Assembly: GCF_001194135.2 (NCBI RefSeq)
Contig: NC_068984.1
Coordinates: 6,333,653 to 6,388,809, forward strand
Length of the DNA stretch: 55,157 nucleotides
From: Octopus bimaculoides
Taxonomy: Eukaryota
Direction: 5' to 3'
The notes under the pieces were generated by a model. That model did not search any database and was not told the origin of the DNA. It saw only the letters and a program-made list of their open reading frames with translations. A program made the position numbers and the translations under genes. Below are positions 26,385-39,505 of this stretch, piece by piece (position 1 is the first letter of the stretch; every line of letters starts with the position of its first letter).

Positions 26385-26578
26385 AGCATCATCATCATCA
26401 ATGGCATTATTTTAGGCCCACCCTCAAAGTTAGTTGGATGGTTTGACAAGATCCAATGTATCAGGTGACCACACCATGCTCCAATGTCTCAATTTCAGCA
26501 GGCTTTCTATGGCATTATACCCTCCCTAATGCCAACCACTTTACAGAGCGTATTGGGTGCATTTTTGTGGCATCAGTA
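26385..26578 (-). mobile_element. Diverged RTE-type tail, antisense
   Basis: Reverse complement reads cacccaatacgctctgtaaagtggttggcattagggaggg...gtcaaaccatccaac...(gat)n, homologous to 25170-25349. Confidence 0.7.
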
Positions 26579-26687
26579 GTGAGTTTACCTTGCAACTAGC
26601 AAGACTAAAGAACCATGACATTGACAGAAAAAAATGACAGAGAGGCTGATGTTTTAAGTGAGTTGATGAAAGGTACAGATTTATATA

Positions 26688-27972
26688 TTGAGTCTTCCCG
26701 TAAATAATGCATTTTTTTAATACTTTGTTTATTTTTCAAAATCAAGACAAACAAAATTCTTTTTTTAATCTTAAATTCACTCTCCTTCATTTTCTACAAT
26801 GTTCTTACATCTATCTGGTAGACTTGCAAAGCCCCTCTTCCAAATTTTACTTGTCCGTGAGAGAAAAAACTTCTCCAGTACTGTTCTGAACTTGTCTACA
26901 GAATTCATATTTTTGCCATCCAAATGATTTTGAAGACTGCAGAATAAATGATAATCAGATGGTTCAATGTACAGTGAATATGGTGGATGGGACATCATTT
27001 CCCATTCAAACTGCTCCAGCCTTTGGAATGTGATCCACGTTGTATGTGGCCAAGCATTATCTTGACGGAAGAACTCTTTTCATCTTGAGACCAAAGATGG
27101 TCATTTTTTTTCTAGCGCTGACTTAAGCTGCTCAAGCTATTCACAGTAGATCTCCTTTGTTATCATTTGGTTTGGGTTTAAAAGTTCAATGTGGACCAAA
27201 CCTTTTATATCCCACCACATTGATAACACCTTACGTGGGTGAAGACCTTTTTTAGCTTGGAGTGCCGAAGTATCTCCTTTCCCTACCCACTGTCTTCAGT
27301 GCTTGACTTTTTTATAGAGAACCCATTTCTCATCACCAGTCACTATTCAGTCCAAAAAAGGTTCATTCATGAGATGTGACAGCAAAGAAGAGCACACATT
27401 GACTCACTGCATGTGATTAGACTCGGAAAGTTTGTGAGGAACCCATTGACACAATTTGCTGACTTTTCCGATGGCATGCAGGTGTTGATGAATGGTTAAA
27501 TGACCAAATCCAAGCTTCTTTGCTAGTTCTGCAACAGTTAAGACAGGATTTTGTTCCACCATTATTTGCAGGACATCCTTGTCAAGCTGTATGGATCTTC
27601 CAGGATGAAGCTTGTCTTCTAAGCTGTAGTTTCCAGTTTGGAATTTCTGGAACCAACATTGACACTGGCTTATGCTTATTGTCCATTCCCCATATACTTC
27701 ATTAATATTCTTTGCACTTTACTTTTCGTTGTTGCCTTTATTGAACTCATAGAGAAAAATAAGCTGAATATGCTCCTTTGTCACTTCCATTATAGCTTTG
27801 AAAAAATAACTTAAAATCGAACTGCACCTTTCAAAACTTGCACTAAGAATAGTACAAGTTAAAAACCACTACCTGCTCTTATAGCAAGTTGATGCAGGTA
27901 GGTTATCCCGTCCTCCTCTGACTTTTAGGTCATGCAATTGAAAAAAAACACATTATTTATGGGATGACCCAA
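26688..27972 (-). mobile_element. Full-length decayed mariner (DD34D) transposon, 1285 bp
   Basis: TIRs TTGAGTCTTCCCGTAAATAATG and the reverse complement TTGGGTCATCCCATAAATAATG; left TA. Minus translation IVTGDEKWVLY...QDNAWPH...HPPYSLYIEPSDYHLF, with 34 residues between the 2nd and 3rd Asp; in-frame stops present. Confidence 0.92.
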
Positions 27973-28008
27973 TGTGTGTATATACATATATATATATATA
28001 TATATATA

Positions 28009-28268
28009 CAGCGTGCGGTGAATAAACTGTCATCTAAATTACACAAAAATGAAAATAACATTCACATCTCATTTTAACAGATATATTTACCAAAATTACA
28101 TAAAAATATCTTGAAATACTAAACAGTAGATTTATTCAATAAAAATGCCATTGGCTCCAGCAACGACCTTCAGATGACTTCGGAATCTCTTGCAGCTCTT
28201 CTGGACGGTCTCCTTGTTTAAGTTGGTGAATGCTGCCATAATCCTTGCCTTCAGTTCATCTTTGTTGT
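28009..28268 (-). mobile_element. Tc1/mariner-superfamily transposase 3' fragment with terminus in (TA)n
   Basis: Minus translation NKDELKARIMAAFTNLNKETVQKSCKRFRSHLKVVAGANGIFIE*; terminus TA+CAGCGTG. Confidence 0.75.
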
Positions 28269-28366
28269 TACAAGATGTATGGAGGCATAACGTTGCCATC
28301 ACTAGTTATCACTCCAAACACCATTGATGTTGACTGGATGTTTGATTTTTATTACACTTGGTACAT

Positions 28367-28452
28367 GTCCTCAGTCAAATCGTCCAACCCATGCTAGCAT
28401 GGAAAGCAGACGTTAAACGATGATGATGATGATCATCATCATCATCATCATT
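28367..28452 (+). mobile_element. RTE-type tail only
   Basis: gtcctcagtcaaatcgtccaacccatgctagcatggaaagcagacgttaaac(gat)n(cat)n. Confidence 0.8.
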
Positions 28453-29451
28453 TACAAAATATACCAATAACTTCCGAAGGCATCGAAGTAGTCCAGAGTC
28501 TTGAATCCATACTGTTAGCTTCCCCACTATTATACTAAAATTCATGTCTGATCTGTATATTCCACTTAAGTCATTCTTCCACACTTAGCTTTCTTATTAT
28601 CCACCGAAAGACAAAATGTGTGAACCTTTGGAAGTTATATTTTAGGTTAATAAATGGAAAACAGATATTTTTTTTCTTAAACAAATCTTTTTCATGTAGT
28701 ATTTCCATTTTTGTTCTATGTTCATATTTTTTTTCTGTGTGGAATGGTTAATTTTATAGCTGAATGCCTTGAAGTAGGGCTTGTTTTTAATACTGAGTCA
28801 AGCAAACTGAAATAAACAGTATCAAGTATTTCGTACAGAAGTGCAACACAATGACAGAACTAGAATCTGAACTTATGACAGGGTAGTGTCTCTATAAACC
28901 CCAAACTGTATTGTACCAAAGCTCAGTTGAAACTGGCCTCGTTTCTCTTAGAGAATGTTTATGTTTTCTAACATTTATATGCATCTTCAAACGTATTTTC
29001 ATATGTGAGAATATTTATCGGTACATAAGTATGAGTAAATATATATTGTGTTTGTGTGACTTTTCATTTTTTATTTTATTTCATTTTTTTTTAATTTTTT
29101 ATCTTTACTGATTGAAACATTTCTTCCATCTCTGACATTATGCCATATCTTCTGCAAAATATTCAAATATCAAAACTATTATTTCACAGGAAGAAAAAAA
29201 AATGAAAAACTTCAATTGTAGACTAATCTTTATGATATACTGAAAACAAGAGAGAGAGGAGGAAGAGGAGAAAGAATAAATGATGAGAGAGAAAATATAC
29301 CGTTTGTACTTCATTACTGGAAAAGTAGTATAGATTGGAATAAAGAAATTGTCTACTTACTTACCGGAAACCAGTTGGGAGATTAAGGGCAATAAATACT
29401 TTATTATACTGACATTAGAAACTGAATGCTTCCAGATAATATATACATACA

Positions 29452-29485
<34 letters not shown>

Positions 29486-30683
29486 CATATATATATATAT
29501 ANNNNNNNNNNNNNNNNNNNNNNNNNNNNNNNNNNNNNNNNNNNNNNNNNNNNNNNNNNNNNNNNNNNNNNNNNNNNNNNNNNNNNNNNNNNNNNNNNNN
29601 NNNNNNNNNNNNNNNNNNNNNNNNNNNNNNNNNNNNNNNNNNNNNNNNNNNNNNNNTATATATATGTATGTATATGTATATAATAGTCTCCAAAACATTA
29701 TATATGACAAAACACCACTACATAGACCTAGTTGCAATAGAAGATCTTAACTAGATGTAAAAGATATAAGTATTGATCTTCAGTTTCAGATGAGACTGTT
29801 TCAATCCTTTGTAAGAACCAGCAAAATTGTATATACAGTTATTATTTTCCCTGTGCATGTAGTACAGCTACTTTAGTTGTTTGTTATTCTCTTCATAGTA
29901 ATCAATACAGAGTATTTACAACAAAATTACAAGAAAATACCTACGGCATAAACCTTTTTGTTTTAAATATTTCATGCCCCGATTTCTTTTAAACACTACC
30001 AGAATATTTAATAACCATGACCCCAACAATGACAGCTTTTAAAGATAAGCTTTTGCACTACAAAGATATGTAACAGATTTTAAAAGGATGTCAAGATTTG
30101 AAAATAAAGATATGCGTTCAACAAGGCAAAGCAATATGTCATCAGAAACAACAGCAGCAGCTTCTTAACATCCATTCTTCCATGCTTATATGGGTCTGTT
30201 CATGTAGATTTTCTGTGGGGAGATGCTCTTCCTGTTACTAACCCTCACTGTTTCCAAGTAATGTAGTATTTTCTCTAATCCTTCAAACAGTGAACAGCCT
30301 GGTAGCTGGACATGTTTTTATGTAAGATTGCAAACAAATGACATCAGTTGTAAATAGTGACTTAGTTACTAATTAGCATGCATATGTCAAAACAGAGGAT
30401 AGAAACAAATAAATATACATGTATGCATATATATACACACACACACAATCACCACCACCACCACCACCACCACCACCATCATCGTCATTTTAATGTACAC
30501 TTTCTATGGAGTGAAATGAAGCAGATCTTCTATGGCTAGATGCCCTTCTGTTGCCAATTCACACATTTCCAAGCAAGGAAATATTTCCAAATGGTCAAAC
30601 ATGTTTATGCAGAAAATTGAAAATGAATAACACTGCTTCTATGACAGTGACACTCACAGCTATTGCATGTTGTCAAGACACAC

Positions 30684-30717
<34 letters not shown>

Positions 30718-31103
30718 TGAGCTTCTTATAGTTTCCATATCCATTAACAAGGGGTTGGTCAGCCTAGGGCTCTAGTAGAAGAAACTCACTTAAGGTGTTA
30801 AACAGTGAGACTCAACCTGAAACAATATACTTGAGAATCAAACTTCTCGACCATATATGTGCATATCTGCGTGTGTGTGTGTGCATGTGTGTACACGTAT
30901 ATACACACACACAGACAAACAATGAGTTTGTTACAATTTCTGTCGACTAATTTCATTCACAAGGCACTGATCAACACTTTGCAGCTATAGCAAATTGGGC
31001 AGAAAGAACAAGTATCACAAGGTATTTTTGTCTGAAAGCACCTATTTACCAATTTTTTGCTGATACATAATTCTTTTACTGACATACACTGATGAAGGAT
31101 ATA

Positions 31104-31562
31104 CAGGTTGTCGTCGACTTACGACCACAAATGGTTCTGACTGACTGGTCACAAGTCAGCCTATGGGCTTACATAGCTTTGTTTATTTTTACTTTTTACA
31201 TTCTTAAGGTACATTCTCAGGTAAAAGTCACACACAACATTCTGTATTATACTATTATACTGGTGTTAGTCAAAACTTTTTGAGTCTCAAACAGTCGTCT
31301 TATAAACAAATACGAGGTTGCCTCAATGTCTCTGTGACAAGATACTCATCCAACACTCAGGATAATCACAGTAACGATGGATAATGAAACCTAGGGGAAG
31401 TGTTCATTAGCTAACATCATCCGTAGATGGGTTAATTTGTAAGAAATTAAACCCATTAGATTTCAACTGCACTATTTATTACTGCTGCCAGGAGCTGGTG
31501 AGCCAATCGTTATAAAGTCAATCAGTTGTAAGTCAGATAGGTCACAAGTCGATGATGACTTG
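31104..31562. mobile_element. pogo/Tigger-like MITE with TA target duplication
   Basis: TA|CAGGTTGTCGTCGACTTACGACC ... GGTCACAAGTCGATGATGACTTG|TA; ~23-bp imperfect TIRs, 459 bp. Confidence 0.8.
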
Positions 31563-31693
31563 TACATGGTGTTCAGACTAAATTTGACAGTTTGCATAAA
31601 AGGAAAAGAAAATACAATATCCCATCCAAAAATTAATGTATTATTAAAAAATCAATAAATATCAACTAGTTCATGGCTAGGAGATAATAGTTT

Positions 31694-31895
31694 ACTCAAA
31701 GTAGCCACCCTCAGTTACCACCACAGCCACAAGATGGCTCCAGAACCTGATGCATTCCTCACTGTGTCTCTTGGAAGATCTATGAATACTTCCTTGAACT
31801 CAGCCACCAGCTTGGACTTGGTGTTGCAGGCAGAGCAGTTGATGCCCTTCTCAACTACACTCCTCACATAGTAAGCCCATTACAATTGGGAGAAT
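31694..31895 (-). mobile_element. Tc1/mariner-superfamily transposase C-terminal fragment
   Basis: Minus strand, with frameshifts: NSPNCN..YYVRSVVEKGINCSACNTKSKLVAEFKEVFIDLPRDTVRNA..FWSHLVAVVVTEGGYFE*. Confidence 0.7.
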
Positions 31896-33467
31896 TAGCA
31901 GGTAAGAAACTGAGGCCGATGAAGCTGGTTCAAATCATCACGATACAGGTAACTCTTTTCCAGTATTCTAGTCCCCCATGTCAGCTAACATTTTCTCGAC
32001 AACGACATTTTATCTTTATGCTCTCCAACACCGTTGACTATTCAGGAATATATCAAATTGTTCCTGAAAAAAAAGGGAGACATAAGAATCATCAACATCA
32101 GCCCAAGCACCCTCTACAGCTACATATAATTATATATGACAAGCTTCCAAACAGTTTATGTTACCATAAGGCATTGGTCAACCTGGGGCAATGGTAGCAG
32201 ATACTTGAGATGACACAAAATTTGATTAAACTTTTAAATACACAGCCATACCTGTGTCCATATCATCACATTTTTACTCATCTCCAAACTCCTTCTCCAT
32301 ACCCACAAGGGTTGGATGGGTTTCACTGCATCTTTTGATCAGTCATGCTTCTTTCTTTCACACCGTTTTTATCAGCTTCCAAAAACCAACCACTCCACAA
32401 AATGGATTGTGTGAATTTTGTCATGCCACTGGCACTGAAGAGGTTTTCTGAAACATAACTATAAAGAATCTCCTCTACTTTGTGGGTGTGTGGGTGTGTG
32501 GGTGTGCATGCATGTGCACTTGATGAAATGTAGCTTTTTGGCATGATAAAGAGAATCTATCTTATATCTGGAGGAATTGATTGAAATTAGTGCCTTTTAA
32601 ATTCATTGCCAATGTACAGATCAGTAGGCTAAGCACTACAATTGATTTTTGATAATTTTGAGTTCAAATTCTGCTAAATTTAATTTATCTATCAATTCCT
32701 ATGAATGTCAATAAAATGACTAACATGCTTTAATAAAAGATAAAATGAGAACAAACAAGGCCATGTGGCAAGTGGCAGGTGTAGATTAGTTCACATCTTT
32801 AATTAAAAACTACTATTCTATTTTTAATTAGATGTAACCAACTCACATACATTTCCCTTACTTAAATAAAAAAAAAAAAAAANNNNNNNNNNAAAAAAAA
32901 AAAAAAAAAAGATCAGGTGTTAATAGTGTTGCAAGCATAAAAACATTATAGAAGTGTAAATGCTGCTAATGATTGAAAAAATAGTAACTACACTCAATAA
33001 CATGAATTCATTCATTTCAGCAATGTAGAACAAACATATCTACACACTCACGAACACACACACGATGTAAAATATACCTACGCGCACACACGCATACACA
33101 CAGAGATGACTTTCTGTCATTTGACAATGAAGATTCAGGTGTTTGATCAAATGAATTACCTGATCTTTGAAATAACATAAGTAGCTGAGTATTCTAACGA
33201 CAGCTATCGTTAATGTAATTCTCAGGTGAAAATAATGTAACAGGGAGTAACAAAATTGTACCATTTGAATTACTAGTACAATCTATCCAATAGACTTCAA
33301 TATACTTTCTCTTAACCCACTTTCATTGACAAAGTATAGATTGACCCAAGGCTATAAAAATGACACTTGTCTAAGATATCACATTGTGTGATTGAGCCTA
33401 GGACTGCATGGTTGTGAAGCAAATTTCTTTATCATTTGGTCATAAAGTACACACACACGCATGCACA

Positions 33468-34415
33468 GCGTTTCTTGAAGCTAAAAATCTTCAAAATTTG
33501 TTATTCAGACAGTAGGGAACTTTTGGAACAATACAAGTGTTCGTAAATGTTTACAAACCAAAAACCTCAGACAGACAGTACTTTACACAGTATGTATGCA
33601 GTTCCAAGTGAAACCGACTTTTGCAATACATCAAGATTCTAAAGTGTCCAAATGTTTTTTCAGGTTGGGTGGTATTGAACCCAATGTTCCAATGACAACA
33701 AAAACAACATTTATGTTTGACTCTCATAGCTGTCACATCTTGGTGATTTCAATTCTCAGGTTTCCATATTTGTCAAACTTTTCTTTTTTTTTTTTTCATG
33801 ATAATATGTTGATCTCCTGGCACTGCCACATTGATTATTAGGCACTATATCCAGCCTTTGGTACTCTAGCACCATGTCTGTCAGGAAGGACTTTTGCCTT
33901 CCCATTTTCATCCATTACCTTTTGTAGAGTATATTGGTACCAAGCACCTCTTACCTTATATCCATACTTCCAGCATAGTAGCGAGTGAGGGTTTGGGGAT
34001 AAAACTGAAGTGGATCTAATCAAGTCTCTTGTTTCTTATAGATCTTTTGTTGGAATGTACTTCAGGATCCCATCAACCTTTTGGATCACGCATTTAACAC
34101 TGTCACAATTGAAGTATCGCAAATTACTGGCTTGGTCTCTGCTCTTGTAATAATTATTTTCTCAAGTTTTATCATTAGGTCCCTCAGTTCTTCAGTCATA
34201 TCCTCTGGTGATACAGGGTCCTCCACAATATATTGATTCGTTCCCATTCCTCCCCAAAAGTCTCTCTCCTCTACTACACCATCACCTTGCCAATTCATTC
34301 ACTGATCTTCACTTATATCATCCTCCTTGAGGTTATCGCCACTACTGAGGCTTTTTCCGATTGTCTGAATTTTGGTTTCATTAAGAAAGCTTCTATTCCA
34401 AATCATTCTTATCTG
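33468..34415 (-). mobile_element. Internally deleted R4/Dong-like element (N-terminal piece joined to RLE domain)
   Basis: C-terminal part: LCWKYGY..WYQ...RLDIV..CLIINVAVPGD...KFDKYGNLRIEITK...VVIGTLGSIP...LQKSVSLGTAYILCKVL. An N-terminal-like piece (GILKYIPTKDL*ETRDLI) joins at ~34000; (ATT)n at 34416-34436. Confidence 0.8.
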
Positions 34416-36504
34416 ATTATTATTATTATTATTATTTTAACTGTGTATAACTTGTAGTAAAAATGATATTTTCACTACAAGTTATAGCTTGTAGTGAAAG
34501 CATCTATAATCTTCGGAATGAAAGAAGAGGTGTGGTTCAAAGAAAGTTCACTCCCATAACGAATAGGTCTTACATTACAGGAGCTTTAGTAAATGTATAA
34601 ACTCATTTGTTCATTAATTAAAACAAGTAGAAGAATAAAAGAAACTAAACATAATAAAATCAATTGATTAAGTTATGCACATTAATGAAGAGATGAATAG
34701 AATAAAAAGAATTATAAATGTAAAGAAAGAAACTAACAAATTATAAATGAATTGCTGTATGAATAAAGATATAATTAAAAAGTCAATTAATAAGTAAATA
34801 GAGCATGTATCAATGTGTGTATGGAAATATGTGACGAAAACAAGTTCAGACATATACACATGGCAGGGAGGGGAGAAGAGAGAAAGGGGAGGGATAGAAG
34901 GGAGAGAGGGAAAGAGAGAGAAAAGAAAGAGAGAGAGAATAGAAAGAGAGAGAGAATAGAAAGAAAGAAAGGAGAGGGATAAAGGGGGAGAGGGAGGGGA
35001 AAGAGAGAAAGGGGAAGGATATAGGGGGTGGGGGGAGAGAGATGCATAAAAATAAATAGATAGCTGGAAATGTAAATGTTTAGGAAAATTAATCATCAGA
35101 AATATTTAGAAAAAAAAACAGAAATAAACAAAAAAATGAGAATGGCTGAAATTATATATACACCACTCGTATATTCATACCTGTTGTAAAGTTGAGATAA
35201 GTAGACTTCACCAACCACTACTGGCAGTGGAAATTAAATAAAAGATCTTTAAAATAATTAATATTGATTTCTTACATAGGCACAACACTAGAGATTTTGT
35301 AGAAAGGGAACTATCAAGTGTATTTCAGCCCCTCGCCATCAGTACTTGACTGGTGTTTTATTTTATCAACACCAAAAGAATGAAAAACAAAGACAACCTT
35401 GCCAAGATTAAAAGTTAGAAAATAAGGAAGTTAAACTAAATACTGGAATACTTTTTGTCCGACCCAGCCAAACCACCACCATTTTAAAATATAATATCAA
35501 CCAAACATGTAGTAACAGGATGGATGAAAAGATCAATATAATTTGGTTATTTAGAGACAGAATGTCTGCTAGTTAGTTTTAGAGTGAAAAGAATATACAT
35601 AGCTAAAATGTTAAATCCATTGCAACTTTCAAGGCCTCCATGTGGTCAGTGCTCCACAAATCTAGATTTTGTAGAGCAATAACAGAATGAAGACAAATTG
35701 TTGTACTGGTAAAATGACATTATCCCACCAATAGCTTTTCCTGTAAGAGGAATTTACATGAATTCATTTATTTAGAGCAAGATAATGAAATATGCTGCTG
35801 TCCAGGACTACCACATCATATAACAGTAGATTACATCAGTCAGTGTAGCTTTTTAGAAGGAGTGAAATTGATTGGTTGAAGCTAAATATTCTGGCTATGA
35901 ACAAAATATAACACTGGTGATAAGGATACAAGTTGCCAGCACATGAGATATTTACTCATTCAATCTCCAATAAAGGACCTTGCCTGCAATGTCAGACAGA
36001 CTTCTCTCAAATGGACTATTTGTATTTTCACAAACCATTTTATCAGACTCTACTTTGATATCAATTGCAAAAACTACCAAATAATCTATTCAAGATTATT
36101 ACTATTTTCACTAATTCTATTCATTTGGTCATTATACAGAGTCCAACCTATTTTAAAAAGAAAATGAAGTTGAGTGTGACATCCAAATCCTTCATCTTCA
36201 TTATAAATGCAAAATTATAAATGGTCCTGAGGCTTATTTAGTTGAAAATCTAAATCTTAACTTTATGAGAAACTGTAAAAACTTAACGTTATGAGAAAAA
36301 TAACATCCCTCAGAGATGCTTAAATAACGGTCCTACATTACATTCTCAACAAAGCTACACTTTCTGTACTTTTTTACTTGTCGCTGCACACTTATCCATG
36401 AGTCCCAGAAAGTGGGCAGAAGGGAAACAGAGCCAAAGCTGCATGACAGCATTGTAATGTGGGAAAACCACTTGCAGATTTACAGGTGAACTGAGATATA
36501 TATG

Positions 36505-36694
36505 TATTCTTTTATCCATTTCAGTCATTTGACTGCGGCCATGCTGGAGCACAGCCTTTTAGTCGAACTAATTGACCCCAGTATTTATTCTTTGTAAGCC
36601 TAATACTTATTGTATAGGTCTCTTTTGCTGAACCACTATGTTACAGGGACATAAACACACCAGCATCGATTGTCAAGCAATGTTGGTGGGGGGG
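36505..36694 (-). mobile_element. SINE family B 3' half
   Basis: Reverse complement of 16250-16447. Confidence 0.8.
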
Positions 36695-37716
36695 ATGCCA
36701 GGGGAAAAACTAGAAGCAAATGATAGCTTCTGTTTCCTAGGTGACCAAGTCAGTAGCAAGGGTAGATGCTCTGAAAGTGTAGCTTCTAGAATGAATAGCC
36801 TGGGTAGAGTGAAAGGTAGACTGTATGACACATGTGCGAACAGTCATGCTACACAACAGTGAAACATGGGCTGTAATTGCTGAGGATATACGTAGGCTTG
36901 CAAGAAATAAAGCTAGTATGTTCCAAGGAATGTGTAATGTCAGTGTACATACACGACATGAGTGTAAGCACCCTGAGAGAAAAGTTGGACATAAGAAGCA
37001 TCAGATGTGGTGTGCAAGAGAGACAACTGCATTGGTATGGTCATGTATTGTGCATGGATGAGGACAGCTGTGTGAAAAAGCGTCACACCCTAACAGTGGA
37101 GAGAACCTGTGGAAGAGGTAGACCCAGGAAGACCTGGAATGAGGTGGTGAAGCACAACTTTCGAACATTGGGCCTCACGGAGGTAATGACAAGTGACTGA
37201 GACCTTTAGAGATATGCTGTGCTTGTGAAAACCCAGTAAGCCAAGTGAGACTGTAACTGTGGCTTATGCCAATGTTGCATAACTGGCCCATTTAAGAGTA
37301 CCCTTCAATCATTGGGCAATAAACTATGCTTGAGAAGATCTGTTGAGTCAAGTGAAATCATTGTCGTGGCCAACGCCACTACCGCTTGACTGGCACCCAT
37401 GCCGGTGGCATGTAAAATGCACCATTCAAACATGGTCGATGCCAGTGCCGCCCAACTAGCTCTCGTGCCGGTGGCATGTAAAAAGTACCATTCGAGCGTG
37501 GTCGATGCCAGTACCACCCGACTGGCCCTCGTGCCAGTGGCATGTAAAAAGCACCCACCACACTCTCAGAGTGGCTGGTGCCAGGAGGGGCACCCAGCTG
37601 CAGAAATCCTTCAAGATCAGACCAGAGCCTGGTGCAGCCTTCTGGCTTGCCAGTCCCCAGTCAAACTGTCCAACCCATGCCTGCATGGAAAGCGGATGCC
37701 AAACGACGACAATGAT
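36695..37716 (+). mobile_element. 5'-truncated RTE LINE (post-RT ORF region + 3' UTR with three ~62-nt repeats)
   Basis: GEKLEANDSFCFLGDQVSS...MLHNSETWAV...LREKLDIRSIRCGVQERQLHWYGHVLCMDED...GRGRPRKTWNEVV; ends in the shared caacccatg...ggaaagcgga tail. Confidence 0.9.
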
Positions 37717-37964
37717 AATATATATATAAAATGAAAGTTAAATGATGATGATGATGATGACAAGGAAGGGAAACACCCACACCATCATTCATTTCTCATC
37801 TTCCATGAAAGCCTGTTTGGCTATGGAGAAATATTAACTTATTTGGAAATAAGTAAGGATTGGTAACAGGAAAAGCATCCAACCATAAAAAATCTGCCTC
37901 AATTAATTCTATCCAAACCATGCAAGCATGGGAAAATGTTAATTAAAATAATGATGCTGATGAG

Positions 37965-38057
<93 letters not shown>

Positions 38058-38165
38058 ATGGTACACACACTATAAAGGCAATGAATAATGAAAAAAGGGA
38101 CAACACAGGAGAAATGAAAATTGACAAATAAGGTAGATGTATAACTAACAGCAAGAGGAATGTGA

Positions 38166-38199
38166 CTTAACCTTTCAGACATAAGCCCTTCATCAGAAG
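38166..38199 (-). ncRNA. Degenerate minimal hammerhead ribozyme motif (Penelope-like-element type)
   Basis: Minus strand CTT-CTGATGA-A-GGGC-TTAT-GTCT-GAAA-GGT-T-AAG: core boxes intact, 4-bp stem II (two G-U), 3-bp stem I; stem III position is G instead of C. Confidence 0.55.
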
Positions 38200-39505
38200 A
38201 AAGAAAGAAACAGAGGGAGTGAGGAGAGAGAGTCAGTGAAAAAAAGAAGTAACGTCAGGCAAAATGTTGGAGAATGGGAATGAAAATACTGTTCTCAGGA
38301 GTGGGTGGGGGTGATTTAAAAAAAGAGGAGTTAAGGGCAGGAGCATAGTGGCTGGAAGCAGGTATAAGTAGGTTTTAGTGTGTGTATGTGTGGGCGGGTA
38401 TACATCACTGTAGTGTAGTGTTGCATGTGTATCAAGGTGTGCAAGTGTGACAGTGTAGTGACAGTGGTTATTGTGGGTAGAGGGTGTTGGTGAATGTGTG
38501 TAATCTTTAAGTGGGGAGTGTGAAAGTAATCTTTAAGTGGGTATGTGGTGATGTGAGAGTGAATGTGAATGTGAGGGAATAAAAGATATTGATGAAAACT
38601 ATTGAATTAATGAATTATATCAACAATAATTGGATGGAGAAGCCAAAAATAATTGCTACAAACACTGTCAAGACTTTTAGTTTAAAAAAAAAGAAAACAA
38701 TTCAAAACCAAGTTGCTTCTTATTACTTTGCAATGGTCACTGAACAAAACATTGTAAATTACTTAATGATTTGAACTTTAAAATAGGCCATAATTTTCTA
38801 CACTTATTCACCATTTATCTGTGTGTATGATATTTTGTGTATATGTTATGTATGTTAGTGTGAATGTATGTATACAATTTGAATATGTTGTTGTTTGAAT
38901 AGGTTTTTCTGTATGCTCATAAAGGCATACAATGAATTATAATTATATGTAAGATACACACATTAAATCTGCAATAAAGATTTTAAAATGAATTATTTAG
39001 CATGAAGAGGGTAATGCACTTTTGTAGACCCGCCGAGACTGAAGAAGGTGGTTGAAGCTGGATGTCTGATAGGAAAATGTAGGCGAAGGAAGAATTTCAG
39101 TGAATTTTACTTTTGAGAAGAATTGAGTTAGGCATTTAGTGAAGGGTTTGTAGAATGAAACAGTGTAGAGGTAATGAAAGGAGGAGAAGTGGGTGAATCA
39201 GGTAGTGCACAGCTTACTAGTTCAAAGACTCCATACAATTTGTGGCCCAGAAAAGCAGGAACCATTACAGTAACAATAGAAAAGAAGAGAATGCAGAGCT
39301 TTAGTGGACTTGTAGCTGTAGCATATCGGTGAATGAAGGTATTCCAGTCATACAGATATACAGATCGCACTACTTTTTTGTAACTGGGTTGATCAGCACT
39401 CCTATAAGTAAAAGATTCTGAGAGCTTCTTCTAGCACTTAAACATGCCAGAGATTTTGTTTTGGGATTTGGTTTGCAAGATTCTTTATGTGAGTTCGTGT
39501 GTTGA

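Noticed and set aside
32434-32460. CTGAAGA-GGTTTTCT-GAAACAT hammerhead-like string
   Set aside because: Stem II is only 2 bp and there is no stem I pairing.
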